A stretch of 64,000 bases of DNA from the human T2T-CHM13v2.0 reference genome, Homo sapiens: the NCBI RefSeq assembly GCF_009914755.1, contig NC_060934.1; one strand, written 5' to 3'. Of the stretch, positions 1 through 11,881 are shown piece by piece. Position 1 is the first letter of the stretch, and every line of letters begins with the position of its first letter. Below the pieces are notes generated by a model. The model was not told the origin of the DNA. It was given only the letters and a program-made list of their open reading frames with translations, and searched no databases. Both the position numbers and the translations under genes were made by a program.

Positions 1-169
1 CTCCCGTAGCTCAGAGTAATTTGATCGTCTGAAGCCTTCTTCTCTCAGCTTGTCAAAGTCATTCTCCATCCAGCTTTGTTCCGTTGCTGGTGAGGAACTG
101 CGTTCCTTTGGAGGAGGAGAGGCGCTCTGCTTTTTAGAGTTTCCAGTTTTTCTGTTGTTTTTTCCCCAT
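1..169 (-). pseudogene. L1 ORF1p N-terminus, disrupted by a 2-nt deletion at codon 5-6 (stop at codon 12)
   Basis: Reads ATG GGG AAA AAA CAA CAG AAA AAC TGG AAA CTC TAA versus consensus ATG GGG AAA AAA CAG AAC AGA AAA ACT GGA AAC TCT AAA. The shifted frame still encodes the ...QSASPPPKERSSSPATEQSWMENDFDKLREEGFRRSNYSELRE homology. Confidence 0.88.
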
Positions 170-469
170 CTTTGTGGTTTTATCTACTTTTGGTCTTTGA
201 TGATGGTGATGTACAGATGGGTTTTTGGTGTGGATGTCCTTTCTTTTTGTTAGTTTTCCTTCTGACAGACGGGACCCTCAGCTGCAGGTCTGTTGGAATA
301 CCCTGCCGTGTGAGGTGTCAGTGTGCCCCTGCTGGGGGGTGCCTCCCAGTTAGGCTGCTCAGGTGTCAGGGGTCAGGGACCCACTTGAGGAGGCAGTCTG
401 CCCATTCTCAGATCTCCAGCTGTGTGCTGGGAGAACCACTGCTCTCTTCAAAGCTGTCAGACAGGGACA

Positions 470-700
470 TTTAAGTCTGCAGAGGTTACTGCTGTCTTTT
501 TGTTTGTCTGTGCCCTGCCCCCAGAGGTGGAGCCTACAGAGGCAGGCAGGCCTCCTTGAGCTGTGGTGGGCTCCGCCCAGTTTGAGCTTCCCAGCTGCTT
601 TGTTTACCTAAGAAAGCCTGGGCAATGGTGGGCGCCCCTCCCCCAGCCTCGCTGCCGCCTTGCAGTTTGATCTCAGACTGCTGTGCTAGCAATCAGCGAG
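470..700 (+). promoter_or_regulatory. L1 antisense promoter (ASP) region, directed rightwards into the flanking sequence
   Basis: Corresponds to about +400 to +600 of the L1 5'UTR, the established ASP location. CpG-rich. Donors CAG|GTGTGG (730/731) and CAG|GTGCCG (815/816) lie downstream. Confidence 0.7.
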
Positions 701-741
701 ATTCCGTGGGCATAGGACCCTCCAAGCCAGGTGTGGGATAG
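625..741 (+). pseudogene. ORF0: L1 ORF0 (antisense 5'UTR ORF) with a premature TAG at codon 39
   Basis: ATG at 625 gives MVGAPPPASLPPCSLISDCCASNQRDSVGIGPSKPGVG*, matching the ORF0 N-terminus. The in-frame remainder (VVRRFLS...VTRFSRC) is ORF-track entry 748-933. Confidence 0.85.
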
Positions 742-2010
742 AATCTCGTGGTGCGCCGTTTTTTAAGCCCGTCGGAAATGCGCAGTATTCGGATGGGAGT
801 GACCCGATTTTCCAGGTGCCGTCCATCACCCCTTTCTTTGACTCGGAAAGGGAACCCCCTGACCCCTTGCGCTTCCCAAGTGAGGCAATGCCTCGCCCTG
901 CTTCGGCTCGCGCACGGTGCGCACACCCACTGACCTGCGCCCATTGTCTGGCACTCCCTAGTGAGATGAACCCGGTACCTCAGATGGAAATGCAGAAATC
1001 ACCCGTCTTCTGCGTCGCTCACGCTGGGAGCTGTAGACTGGAGCTGTTCCTATTCGTCCATCTTGGCTCCTCCCCCTCGTATTTTATCATTTTAAAGAAT
1101 TCTATTTTAAATATATTTAGTTAAACTCCATTTGTCTTTTAAATTTATGTTTTTACCTGTAGTAATTACTTTCATCTTCTTACCTCAAGTATATTTTTAA
1201 TCTGCCTTTTTATGACTTCCTCAATTACATGTTTAGTTCATTTACTTTCACATTTTTCATTTAATAATACAAAGGAAGTCAAGATATGATTTTGCCAACA
1301 AGTACAACTTTGACCAGATGCCTAGACTCCCCGTCTCCCTCATTTCTTAGACAATATGTCTTCTCAAATGTAATTGAGAGTGCGTTTTTTCCCTCATTCT
1401 CATGGGTTAAGTCTATTAAGTAAAGATTTTTCATTGTTCTTCATAGAATAAAATCTACATATTCTCCTGATTTGAAATGGACTTTGTCACAGATTTTATA
1501 GGTTATGCTTCAAAGATTTAAATGTAAATCATAGCGATGAGGAGAATGTCATAATGTCTAGAGACTTTATTATGATAGAGGCTCTAGTAAGCCTATTAAT
1601 TATTGAAAAGGACTTAAATTTGGATGCAATTTGTTGAATAACAGTTTATGAGTTACTTTTTCTGTGTGTAGCAGATGTCTTTAAAATCTGCTCTTTTAAA
1701 CCACAGGTGATTGCAGTTGCTTCTGCTCCTAAGGGAATTATCTCTAGAGGTGACAGCTGGTTATATTAACAAAATCCTTTGAAATTGAGCTGTGCATGTG
1801 AAAAGTGAAGTCCATAGAGTTTAGATGGAGTATCAAAACAAATAAATATTTAAACTGTTTAGCTAAAAAGTTACAGGGACATTTTCAGTGTGGGAAAGTA
1901 GGGAAGGGAAGTGAGGCAAGTGAGCTGGAAGGGAAGGAAAAAGGGACAAGCAGCATAAAGAGGCGACCTGAGAAATATCAGCCCCTGTACAATTCAGAAC
2001 AGTCCATGAA

Positions 2011-2447
<437 letters not shown>

Positions 2448-2868
2448 TAAAAGCAACTACTAGCAACAGCCTATAGTAAGAGGGATTACAGGAAATCAAG
2501 GGCATTCGTTCAGTTCATATTCTTCCTTTCAGTTGTAGCACAGAGGAATGGACATGTGGTCTAGATTTCAGATACAGGAAAGTTTACCTGGAGGTGACTA
2601 TAAGAAGTGGCAAGGGCACAGTCCTCTCATCAAAATTAGGCTATTCACATACATTTTGAATAAACGATATGGATTCTAACTGATATGACTATCATTATTA
2701 AGGTTCTACATTGTCAATATTCCTGCCTTGCCTGGCGTGCATTGACTCCAATAAAAGCTTGAAAGGGAGTTAAGGAGCCAAAAAAATTGAGCGCCAACAC
2801 CTAACATATTTCTTTGTATATCTTAACCTTTTTAAGGTTAAGCTTTCCCCTTCGCCAATCATTCCATG

Positions 2869-3197
<329 letters not shown>

Positions 3198-3490
3198 CCA
3201 TAATTTACTCTCGATTCCAGCTTTTTGTTGCCACCTCCTCGTCAAAGGACTAAGATGAGCTAAGATAGAGAATTTAAGATATTATTGTGTGCATTCCATT
3301 CCTGCATAACCATAGTGGAACTCTCTTTGCTGTCACTAAATATAGAGACTTTATTTCTGTTTCTTACTATCCAGTCTCACCAGCAACATATTTTGTAGGA
3401 AATCTGCCAAGTTCCTGACTCATAGATGCAAGCTTCTATATTTTACAGGTTGATAGAGTTTGTTTATTTTAATATTTCTTTGTGTGTGTG

Positions 3491-3962
3491 TGTGAAGACC
3501 CCACATTTAGGTTACCTGATGCACAGTAAGCCCAACACTAACATATTAGTGCTTAGGAGCAGAGAAAGGTTTGATTTGGCTAAAGTGTGAGGGTGGGAGA
3601 GACAAATTTGTCAAATCCAGCATGCCTTTGAATATAACTGGCAGCTCTTATGAGTAAGGTAGGTAGTGGGAGGTGAGATGCCCTGAGGATCAAATCTGCT
3701 GTGTCTCTTGGTCCAGTCAAACTTCTGGACAGCATCAAAAAGTCTCCATGACCTAAGAATCATTGTTCTTTGAAAGAAAACCAAGTGCATTACTTTTTCA
3801 GGTAGCCACTAGGGGTTAGGATATTGGCCAATTATTCGTGACTACTCTCTACTGAAATGAATATGTGCAAGCAAGCATGCACACAGGAAAAAAAAAGGAC
3901 AAAGAAAAAGGAGAATAAGTAAAACAAACGTCTTAGATTTTTATAATATAGGCTCAGTAACA
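3491..3962 (-). mobile_element. Probable old ERV1-class solo LTR (family not resolved)
   Basis: TG...CA bounded ~470-bp segment (TGTGAAGACCCC ... GGCTCAGTAACA) with LTR-like composition. Confidence 0.4.
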
Positions 3963-5339
3963 ATTTTGGAAAGAAATTGAACAGTCTCAAATCACTGTTT
4001 GAAAACGAAAGCTAATTTTTCTAAAGAGGAATGAAATCTAGCCAGCCTTGTTCTTGGCTATTTGAACAGTATCTCTCTCACATTCTTTGTTTTTTCTTCC
4101 CAGTACACCATCACATGATTCATTCAAGGCTTGCAGCCTCACGCTTGGAACTTATCCGTAGACTCCTACTTCTAGTTTATGAGAAATGTCACTCCATATT
4201 CACATTAAAGGTGGATTTTCCCTGTCCATGCCATATATCAGGGAAAAGTACACTGTTTTCTAAATAATATTTCTCTAAGCTCCCTAATTAAAATAGTTTA
4301 CTATCTGTCATTCTTATTTAAAGAATCATTGGTATCAGTGTATAAAGAAATAAACTTATTTCGCTCACATTAGCTCAAATATGGGCTCCTTAGCAAATGT
4401 CTATAGAATACCCATGCTTTGTGTTTTAGTTTACAGATTGTTTTTCATATGTACTACATCATGATGCTTAAGGGTCCTTCTCTGTCTCTGCAATGCGGCT
4501 CCTTAGGCCACTGCTCAATGGCATCTCTTTTGAAAGCCCACGCCATGTTCCTCACAACTCTCTCTATACTTCCCTGTTCTACCACCTGGGACACTACTTC
4601 ACGTCCCTCAAGGACTTTAGCACCTGCCTCCCACCCTTACTTTCCAGCCCATTTGATCTCTGCTATTTTTCCAAGTGACCCACGTCATTAAGGGGGTGTC
4701 CCTGCTAACTGTCAATCTCACAGTTCCTGGGTCTCCTCAACAAAAGTCTTCAATTCCATCAGTCCACACCTCTGTGGAGGCATAGCTCTATTTCAGCCTT
4801 GTCCTCGCCAAAAACATCCTACATACAAACTTTCTTAAGCAAAGTTTTCCCCTCTGATCAAATCTCAAGCCCAATATTCATTTAGCCATTCACTAATTTA
4901 TTTACTGTCCCTAATGACTCCCTGCCATGTTTCATCAACCCTAGATCCACTATCAGGCAACTGAACCCCCACTTTCTGCTCATTAGAGTAGGTCCTGCTC
5001 GAGTCCTAAGCCCCAAATCTTATTATAAAAATTTAATCACTTTATAACATAGCACTAAAAGCATCTAACTGGTGAAAATTCTTTTATGCTTCTCTCTGAT
5101 TTTGTAGATTTTGAGATAAGATTTTTAAGGAGAAAAATCCAAGGAAGAATGCACCCATTATTAGTACATGAGGATACTTGAGAATGTTAACATTTTGATA
5201 ACAGACAGACATTAAGAAAATATTTCATGTTATTTTATCAATGTATTCTAGTAGCCCATGTACAACATGTAAATGAACTCGTAAACATAATTTCCACATT
5301 CAAGGGAAATGGAAGACGTAATTTGTTACTTACTGCATA

Positions 5340-5510
5340 ATGGGGAAAATGGAAATTTATAAAACCACCTAAAGAACTTTAAATATATCAGTGCCTGGAC
5401 CCCATGACATATCAATTAAATCAAAATATCTGTGGAGGGGTTTAGGCATTCGTATTTATTCTAATTTGTACAGGTGAGTTATAAGACTCATCCAGGGTTG
5501 AGAAGTACTC
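5340..5510. mobile_element. MER5-family hAT-Charlie MITE fragment
   Basis: GTGCCTGGACCCCA...CAATTAAATCAAAATATCTG...CAGGTGAGTT...CCAGGGTTGAGAAGTACT resembles the MER5A/B body and TIR. Confidence 0.65.
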
Positions 5511-5891
5511 ATCTATGTAAAAGATCTACTAACTCTGACAGTAGATCGTTCTGAGAACCATCAGAAGCCGTGGCAGTGTTAAGGGTTCACATGTTTATTT
5601 TCTATTTCCTGAGATTTAATTTGCCCAGATGGCTTCCTAATTGATTTGTTTTGCTTCAGGTTAGTTGAAAATCTCACTCATTCAAAATGAACCCAAAATG
5701 TACCATGCATTTTAATTACTGTGGTGATTTTAGCTTAAATCTAAGCTTTTATCATACAGTGATAAGAACATACAGAACTTCTGCTAATGTGGAATAACAC
5801 TTGAAAATTAAAATATTGGTTTCCAATTTCAGCTTTTCACACAGAATCGTGATTTTATTGTTTATTAGCTAATGTATTCAGAATGACTCAA

Positions 5892-6588
5892 CAGTAGTCC
5901 ACCTTTATCTGGGCTTTGCTGTCTGTAGTTTCACTTACCCATGGTCAACTACTGTCTGAAAATATTAAGTAGAAATTAATTAAATGGAAATTTCCTGAAA
6001 TAAACAACTCATAAGTTGCACACCATTCTGAGTATTGTGACAAAATCACATGCTGTCTACTTTGTAGAGTCACTATTTGTCCAGTGACTTCATGCTGTCT
6101 ACACCACCTGCCCTTTGTCACTTACTAGCCCTTTTGGTTACCAGAATGACTGTTCAGATAGCCCAATACTTGTGGTCAAGTAACTCTTATTTTACTTAAT
6201 AGTGGCCCCAAAGTATAATAGTAGTGATGCTGGCAGCTCAGCTATGCCAAAAAAGAAGCTATAATGTACTTCCTTTAAGTTGAAAGGTGAAAGTTCTTGA
6301 CTTAATAAGCAAAGAATAAAAGACCATATGCTAAGGTCACTAAGCTCTATAGTAATAATGAATCTTCTATCTATGAAATTGTGAACAATATATTGTTATA
6401 AGTGTTCTATTTTATTATTAATTGTTATCTCTTACTGAGCCAGTTTATAAATTAAACTTTGTCATAGGTATGTATATATAGAAAAAACATAGTTTATATA
6501 GGGTTTAGGATTCAGTATTATTTCTGGTTGCAAGCATCCACTAGGGGTCTTGGGACATATCCCCCCCAGGGAAAGGAGGGGACTACTG
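5892..6588 (+). mobile_element. MER44 (B/C/D-size) Tigger7-derived MITE, complete
   Basis: TIRs CAGTAGTCCACCTTTATC ... GGAAAGGAGGGGACTACTG, followed by TA; ~700 bp. Confidence 0.88.
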
Positions 6589-7464
6589 TAACTATTTTGT
6601 TTTCAAAGAAGCATTCTCAGTTAAGCCTGATGTCGTTTTGTTTTTTTGTTTGTTTGTTTACATTCATCTGTCTTAAACTGTATTTATTGCAGAGGGGATG
6701 GAATGGGTGATATACTTTCTAGATTCAAACTTAGGGATTTGATCCATATGTACAGTCAAACCTGCTTATAAATAAGATTGACGAACAGCTCAGGGGTGAC
6801 TGTTGCAAAGAATATTATCTCATTACAGTGAGATGACCCATTTTATAGTGACATAGTGTATGTATATTTCCCTAGGAACACCAGTTGATCAGGTTACCCC
6901 GTAGACATTGCCTGTTCTCACCCCCATGCTTCCAGCCTGCCTGCTATGGAACAAAATAGGACTGACACAACCTGAACATGGCATGAAAGGTCATAGCCTG
7001 CATTATATACACAGTAACACTGCATAGCCTTGGAACCAGCTCATATACCATAGTTTCTCAATCATCATTGGCAGCAGTAGCAAATGCATGCCCTTTGTAG
7101 CTGGTTATTTAATAGAAGTGGTAAAACTGGGAGTGTACTTGTTGTTCTTAAAAGGTCAAATGAATTAGAAAACAAACGCTGAGCCTTTTATACGGCAGCA
7201 TACATTTTTACGACTTAAGCAAAAAACTGGGAAACTGAATAAAATATACTGAACCATACAAGTAGAGTTCTAACAAACCTTGAACCTACTCGGCCGCCCT
7301 CTGTGAAGCAATCCCTGACAAGTGTTTAAGATGCAGTGAAATGATTTCTCACAAAATAAGTAGAAAATGTATCCTGGATTTTGTGGTTGCAAATGTCTAA
7401 CACTTAGCTTGACCGTAAAAGACAGGGCAATCAACCTCAAGCACTGCATAAACCAGGGGTCTCA

Positions 7465-7590
7465 TCTTAATCCCCTCATTAGAAATATGAAAAACTGATG
7501 AGCAAAGGGGTTATTCAGTACAAAGTCACCAAATTCATGAGCTGCAGAGCTGGAACTAACACCCAAGTCAACTAACTTCTACTCTAGGCA
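7465..7590 (-). mobile_element. MIR SINE fragment
   Basis: Degenerate reverse MIR core: CCCCTCATT...AAACTGATG...AAAGTCACC...GCAGAGCTGGAACTAACACCCAAGTC. Confidence 0.6.
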
Positions 7591-7869
7591 TACCCAAGAT
7601 GTCTTTCAAATTTTGGAACAAGGAAATGGTCATTTGTTTAATTTTTGTACCATGGCTTTTTATTTTGATTAGGAAAAGTCAATTAAAATCTTCTCAATTT
7701 CCAAATGCAACATTTCTGTTGTCTGAAGGATTCTGTTATCTTAATTAAGCCCAAAAAACTAAAGAGCTAATAGACAAAGGGTCTAGCCCCATCTCCCACT
7801 CTGAAGTAGTTAGGTAAATGGGGTTGAGATAGATATACCTAAATTTCCTACTGACTTGTGATTCTTTAA

Positions 7870-8232
<363 letters not shown>

Positions 8233-8913
8233 TGATATTTTCTAATAATTAACTACGATGTAATGATTTTCTTTCAGAAGTATTCAATACTTATATTTGA
8301 TTAGTGTACTTTGACTCCAAAGCATTCTTATGTATTAAAAACCAAATACTGATGTGAAAAATGGAAAAATAGCGCTTACATAACAGGGTTCAAGATAGTA
8401 TCTATAGACAGCTAAAATAAGATCATGGTAAATAAACTACCACTAATCAAAGAACGTTATTATTATAATGAACACTCTTATGCAACTCTAGAGGAAATTA
8501 GAAGTGGCTATGATAGCTTTAAATTGAAAAGTATTTGTATCTTCATAACATTACCTTAAAATAATCATCTGACAATTGTTTCTATTTTCTTAAAACCATG
8601 CTATCTGCTGACACTAGAATTGAAAGGAACACTAGAAGCCATGTATTTCCAGGGAATCCCTAACTTTATCAGAACACTTTCTTCCTGTTAAGGAAAAAGG
8701 TAAATGTCTGCTATACATGGCTTTGAATTTATTTAGTTGAGACAGACTCTCTGTAGCCTCTTATCTTTCCACCCTCAATAATGCCTCAGTCAATCCTAAA
8801 TAACACTCTTAATGAAACCACTGACCTAGTTCAACTCTCTTATTTTGTAGATGAGGAAGTTCAAGCCCAATGTTATCAAAGATGGTGAATTAGTGTTAGA
8901 AAAAGAATTCCAA

Positions 8914-9472
8914 TGTGCAGTAAAGGATTAACCTTGTGTAAAAAGAGGTATGGCCTTTGCCTTGGCTCCCGGGAACTAACCACAAATCCCTTGGAATATC
9001 ACTTGTCCAATGAAAGTGTATTTGTGTCTTTGTGGGCTTTGGGACATGCATAGAGTCAATGCTAATAATGCAATTTAAGTGGGGGATGTTGGGCTTGGGA
9101 CATATATCAGTTCAATCACTGGATGGGCTGGCAGCTAAGCTTGGTTACGTGGGTGGTACCTATATGTAACTGATTAAGCTCCAGTAACAATTCTGGACAC
9201 CAAAGCTGGGGTGAGCATCTCTCATTGGCAATACTTCATGCATATTTCCACATGTTGTTGCTGGAAGCAATAGGGGCCATCCATAGGACTCCGCAGGAAG
9301 AGGACAACTGGAAGTTTATATCTGGTGACTCCTGGATATATCCCTTCCCTTAGCTGACTTTAGTCTGTGTCCTTTCAGTGTAATACATTGTAACCATGAG
9401 TAGAATGGCTTTTCTAAGTTCTGTGAGTCCTTCTAGCCAATTATTGAACCTAAGGGTGGGGACTCTTGAACA
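8914..9472 (+). mobile_element. MER68/MER77-like ERVL solo LTR
   Basis: Starts TGTGCAGTAAAGGATTAACCTTG...TGGCCTTTGCC; ends GTGAGTCCTTCTAGC...TGAACCTAAGGGTGG...GAACA. Confidence 0.75.
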
Positions 9473-9829
9473 CTGTAGGAAATCACTATCTCGACTTCCT
9501 TGGTGCATTTCTCTTTTTCTAATACCATGTGAATAACCCATACAAACCATTTTCAATGTGGCCCAGTAAAGAATAGTCACTATACATAAATACCCCCCCA
9601 AAAATAAGATTCAAAGTATAATCTATACCCTTATTATTTTAGTATTATATAGATGAGGGACCATAAGTATAATCTAAGAAGTAAAAGTTTTTCTATTAAC
9701 AATAAGGTCCACATGAATAAACTGGGATTTTTGAAACACATTTAATTTTACTAAGCATTTTTTGTCTATTTATTTCATTTATTTTACTCACAGCTCTGTA
9801 TAGTAGGAAACTATTATGGCCATTTGTAT

Positions 9830-10338
9830 TGTGAGACCTAAAATTTTAACTGCTGCCTTCACATGTTTGAGCCCCACAGGGACCCAAAAGCTTGGGTGTT
9901 TTCCCACCTCTCACCAGGTATGCCCCAACCTAGTGGGAAAGTCTTCCTGCTCAGTTAGTTCCTTTATCAGCTGGGGCAGCTGCACCCTATATGGTGCTCA
10001 ATTGTTCCTCAGCAACCTAATAGGTTTCACCTACCTACCATGGTATTCAAAGAAGCCAATCACATCCTCCCATGAGAACCAAAGGGTATCCCATCCTTTG
10101 CTACCGCAAAGCCTGCTTCCCACAGCCCCTTCTGATTCATGCTACTCCTGAGCATAACTTCCATGTACCCTGCATGGCATGCAGTGTGCTCCTCCACTGA
10201 GCTGTAAGTATCTGTGACCAAAAAACTGCTCCAGTCTCATCTGTCCAGTGTCGGGTATCATATATTTGGCTATATTGTATTATTTAGGGCATGCGACTCC
10301 TCCTTCACCATTACAATGAACAGGAGGTGATCAGAACA
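9830..10338 (+). mobile_element. MER74/MER73/MER54-group ERVL solo LTR
   Basis: TG...CA ends; group motif CTCATCTGTCCAGTGTCGGGT; CCAATCACATCC; terminal GGAGGTGATCAGAACA. Confidence 0.65.
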
Positions 10339-10908
10339 CCATTGTGCAAATGAACTGAGCCCATCTTTTATGTCATGCACATGTATAACAAGACTTTCTA
10401 ATCACATAGTTAGTTCATCATAAACATTTCTCTGTCTGCTGCATTCAGGCTGCCTTTTCAACTGTATGGCACCCAAGATGGAACAGTGCTGAGAGTTCAG
10501 TGTTAGAAAGAATAAATAAGGAGATATTTTTCTGGGGCCAGCACCAAAGCTAAAGTTTCACGTGAGAACAATAGCTTCAGTTTTCTTTTCTTTTTTTTTT
10601 TTTTTCAGGCCAAAAAAATTACACAGACTTTCTTGGCAATCTGATAGCAACAGGCTAGGAAAATAGATTAATTTCAATCAATACCAGTGTTTTTAAGAAA
10701 CTGGGCTTTAAGGAAAGGGGAATCATTTCTTTTAGGTCATTTAGCCTGTTTCAATTTCATGGCCACAGCTTACACCCATGAATGTAGCTTTGTAGCTACA
10801 ATGGTGTTCAAAATGGGGGCACTGAGTAAACAAGCCCAGCTGCACGGTGTAGTCTTAAGGCAGGCAGAGGGTGGGGATCTGTTAAACTTTTCTTGGTCGC
10901 TCTGTTTT

Positions 10909-11746
10909 TGTAGGGAAAACCAAACCGAAGGGATTTTTCCATTCTCTTACTCAACTACAATCAACATAGAAGATTTCTGTGATCTCTGGTCATTAGGAAG
11001 TGTGAGGCTGTAACCCCACTGATAACCAACGAACCAATTGTGCAGCTGGGTGTCCTCTAATTCAACTTCAACACCATCTATTTGGAGATAGCTTCAGACC
11101 ACAGAAGTTGAGGGCTCATTCCCACAACACTGCTCCCCACTTCCAATACCAAACACAAGCCCCAATGTTTTACCTGCATTTCTGCCCAACTGGCAATAAA
11201 TTGGAGTTCCCATAACCCCCTCCTTGGGTTTAATTAATGTCTTGGACTCACAGAACACAAGGAAACATTTGTTTACACTTATGAGTTTATTGTAAAGGAT
11301 ATTACAAAGGATACATATGAAGAGATGCATCGGGCAAGGCATGTGGGAACGGGCACAGAGCTTTCATGCTCTCCAAGGCCATGCCACTTTTTAGGAACCT
11401 TCACCTATTTGGCTATCTAGAAGCTCTCTGAACACTGTCTTTTTGGGTGTTTATGGAATCTTCATCACTTAGGCATGATTAATGAAATCATTGGTCATTG
11501 GTGATTAACCTAATCCTTTGTCCCTCTCCCCTCCCCTGAGATTGGGAGGTGGAGTTGAAAGTCCCAACTCTCCCATCATGCCTTGGTCTTTCTGGTGACC
11601 AGCCCCCACCCTGAAGCTAGCAAGGGGCTGCCAGCCACCAGTCAACTCATCAGCATACCAAAAAAATTACTCTGAAGTCCAAAGATTTTTGGAATTGTAT
11701 TTAAAGAGACTGAATGAAGACCAAATACATATTTCACAATTACCCC
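10909..11746 (-). mobile_element. MER21-family solo LTR
   Basis: GCAGCTGGGTGTCCTCTAATTC...TTGAGGGCTCATTCCCACAA...AGGATATTACAAAGGATAC...GAAGACCAAATACATATTTCACAAT matches reverse MER21. Confidence 0.8.
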
Positions 11747-11881
11747 AGACACTAATTTCTAGGATTTCATTATAGCGTACAGTGAACCCAATGGAACTGT
11801 TTTGGGAAATACTTACACAGCATCTTTAAAAAGATAAAGGTACTTGCTCAATGTTGTGAAGCTTCCTTTTAAAGGTAGTGG

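Larger units (their letters stand above)
1..1078 (-). mobile_element. 5' end of a young LINE-1 (L1PA2-like): complete ~910-nt 5'UTR plus start of ORF1; element continues left of the window
   Basis: Minus strand begins GAGGGGGAGGAGCCAAGATGGACGAATAGGAACAGCTCCAGTCTACAGCTCCCAGCGTGAGCGACGCAGAAGACGGG, the L1 5' terminus. ORF1 ATG is at 169-167. The ~910-nt UTR length is that of L1HS/PA2/late PA3, and the ORF1 'SKKQSA' region (not SKTQSA) favours L1PA2/3. Endonuclease-type TTTT/AA at 1090-1095. Confidence 0.96.

Noticed and set aside
2822-2842. Perfect hairpin CTTAACCTT-TTT-AAGGTTAAG upstream of a T-run
   Set aside because: A 9-bp AT-rich stem is not unexpected in 64 kb. The T-run is an Alu tail, and intrinsic terminators do not apply in this context.
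5455-5480. CTAATTTGTACAG|GTGAGT acceptor/donor juxtaposition
   Set aside because: Derived from the MER5 CAGGTGA motif with a poor polypyrimidine tract; likely coincidental.
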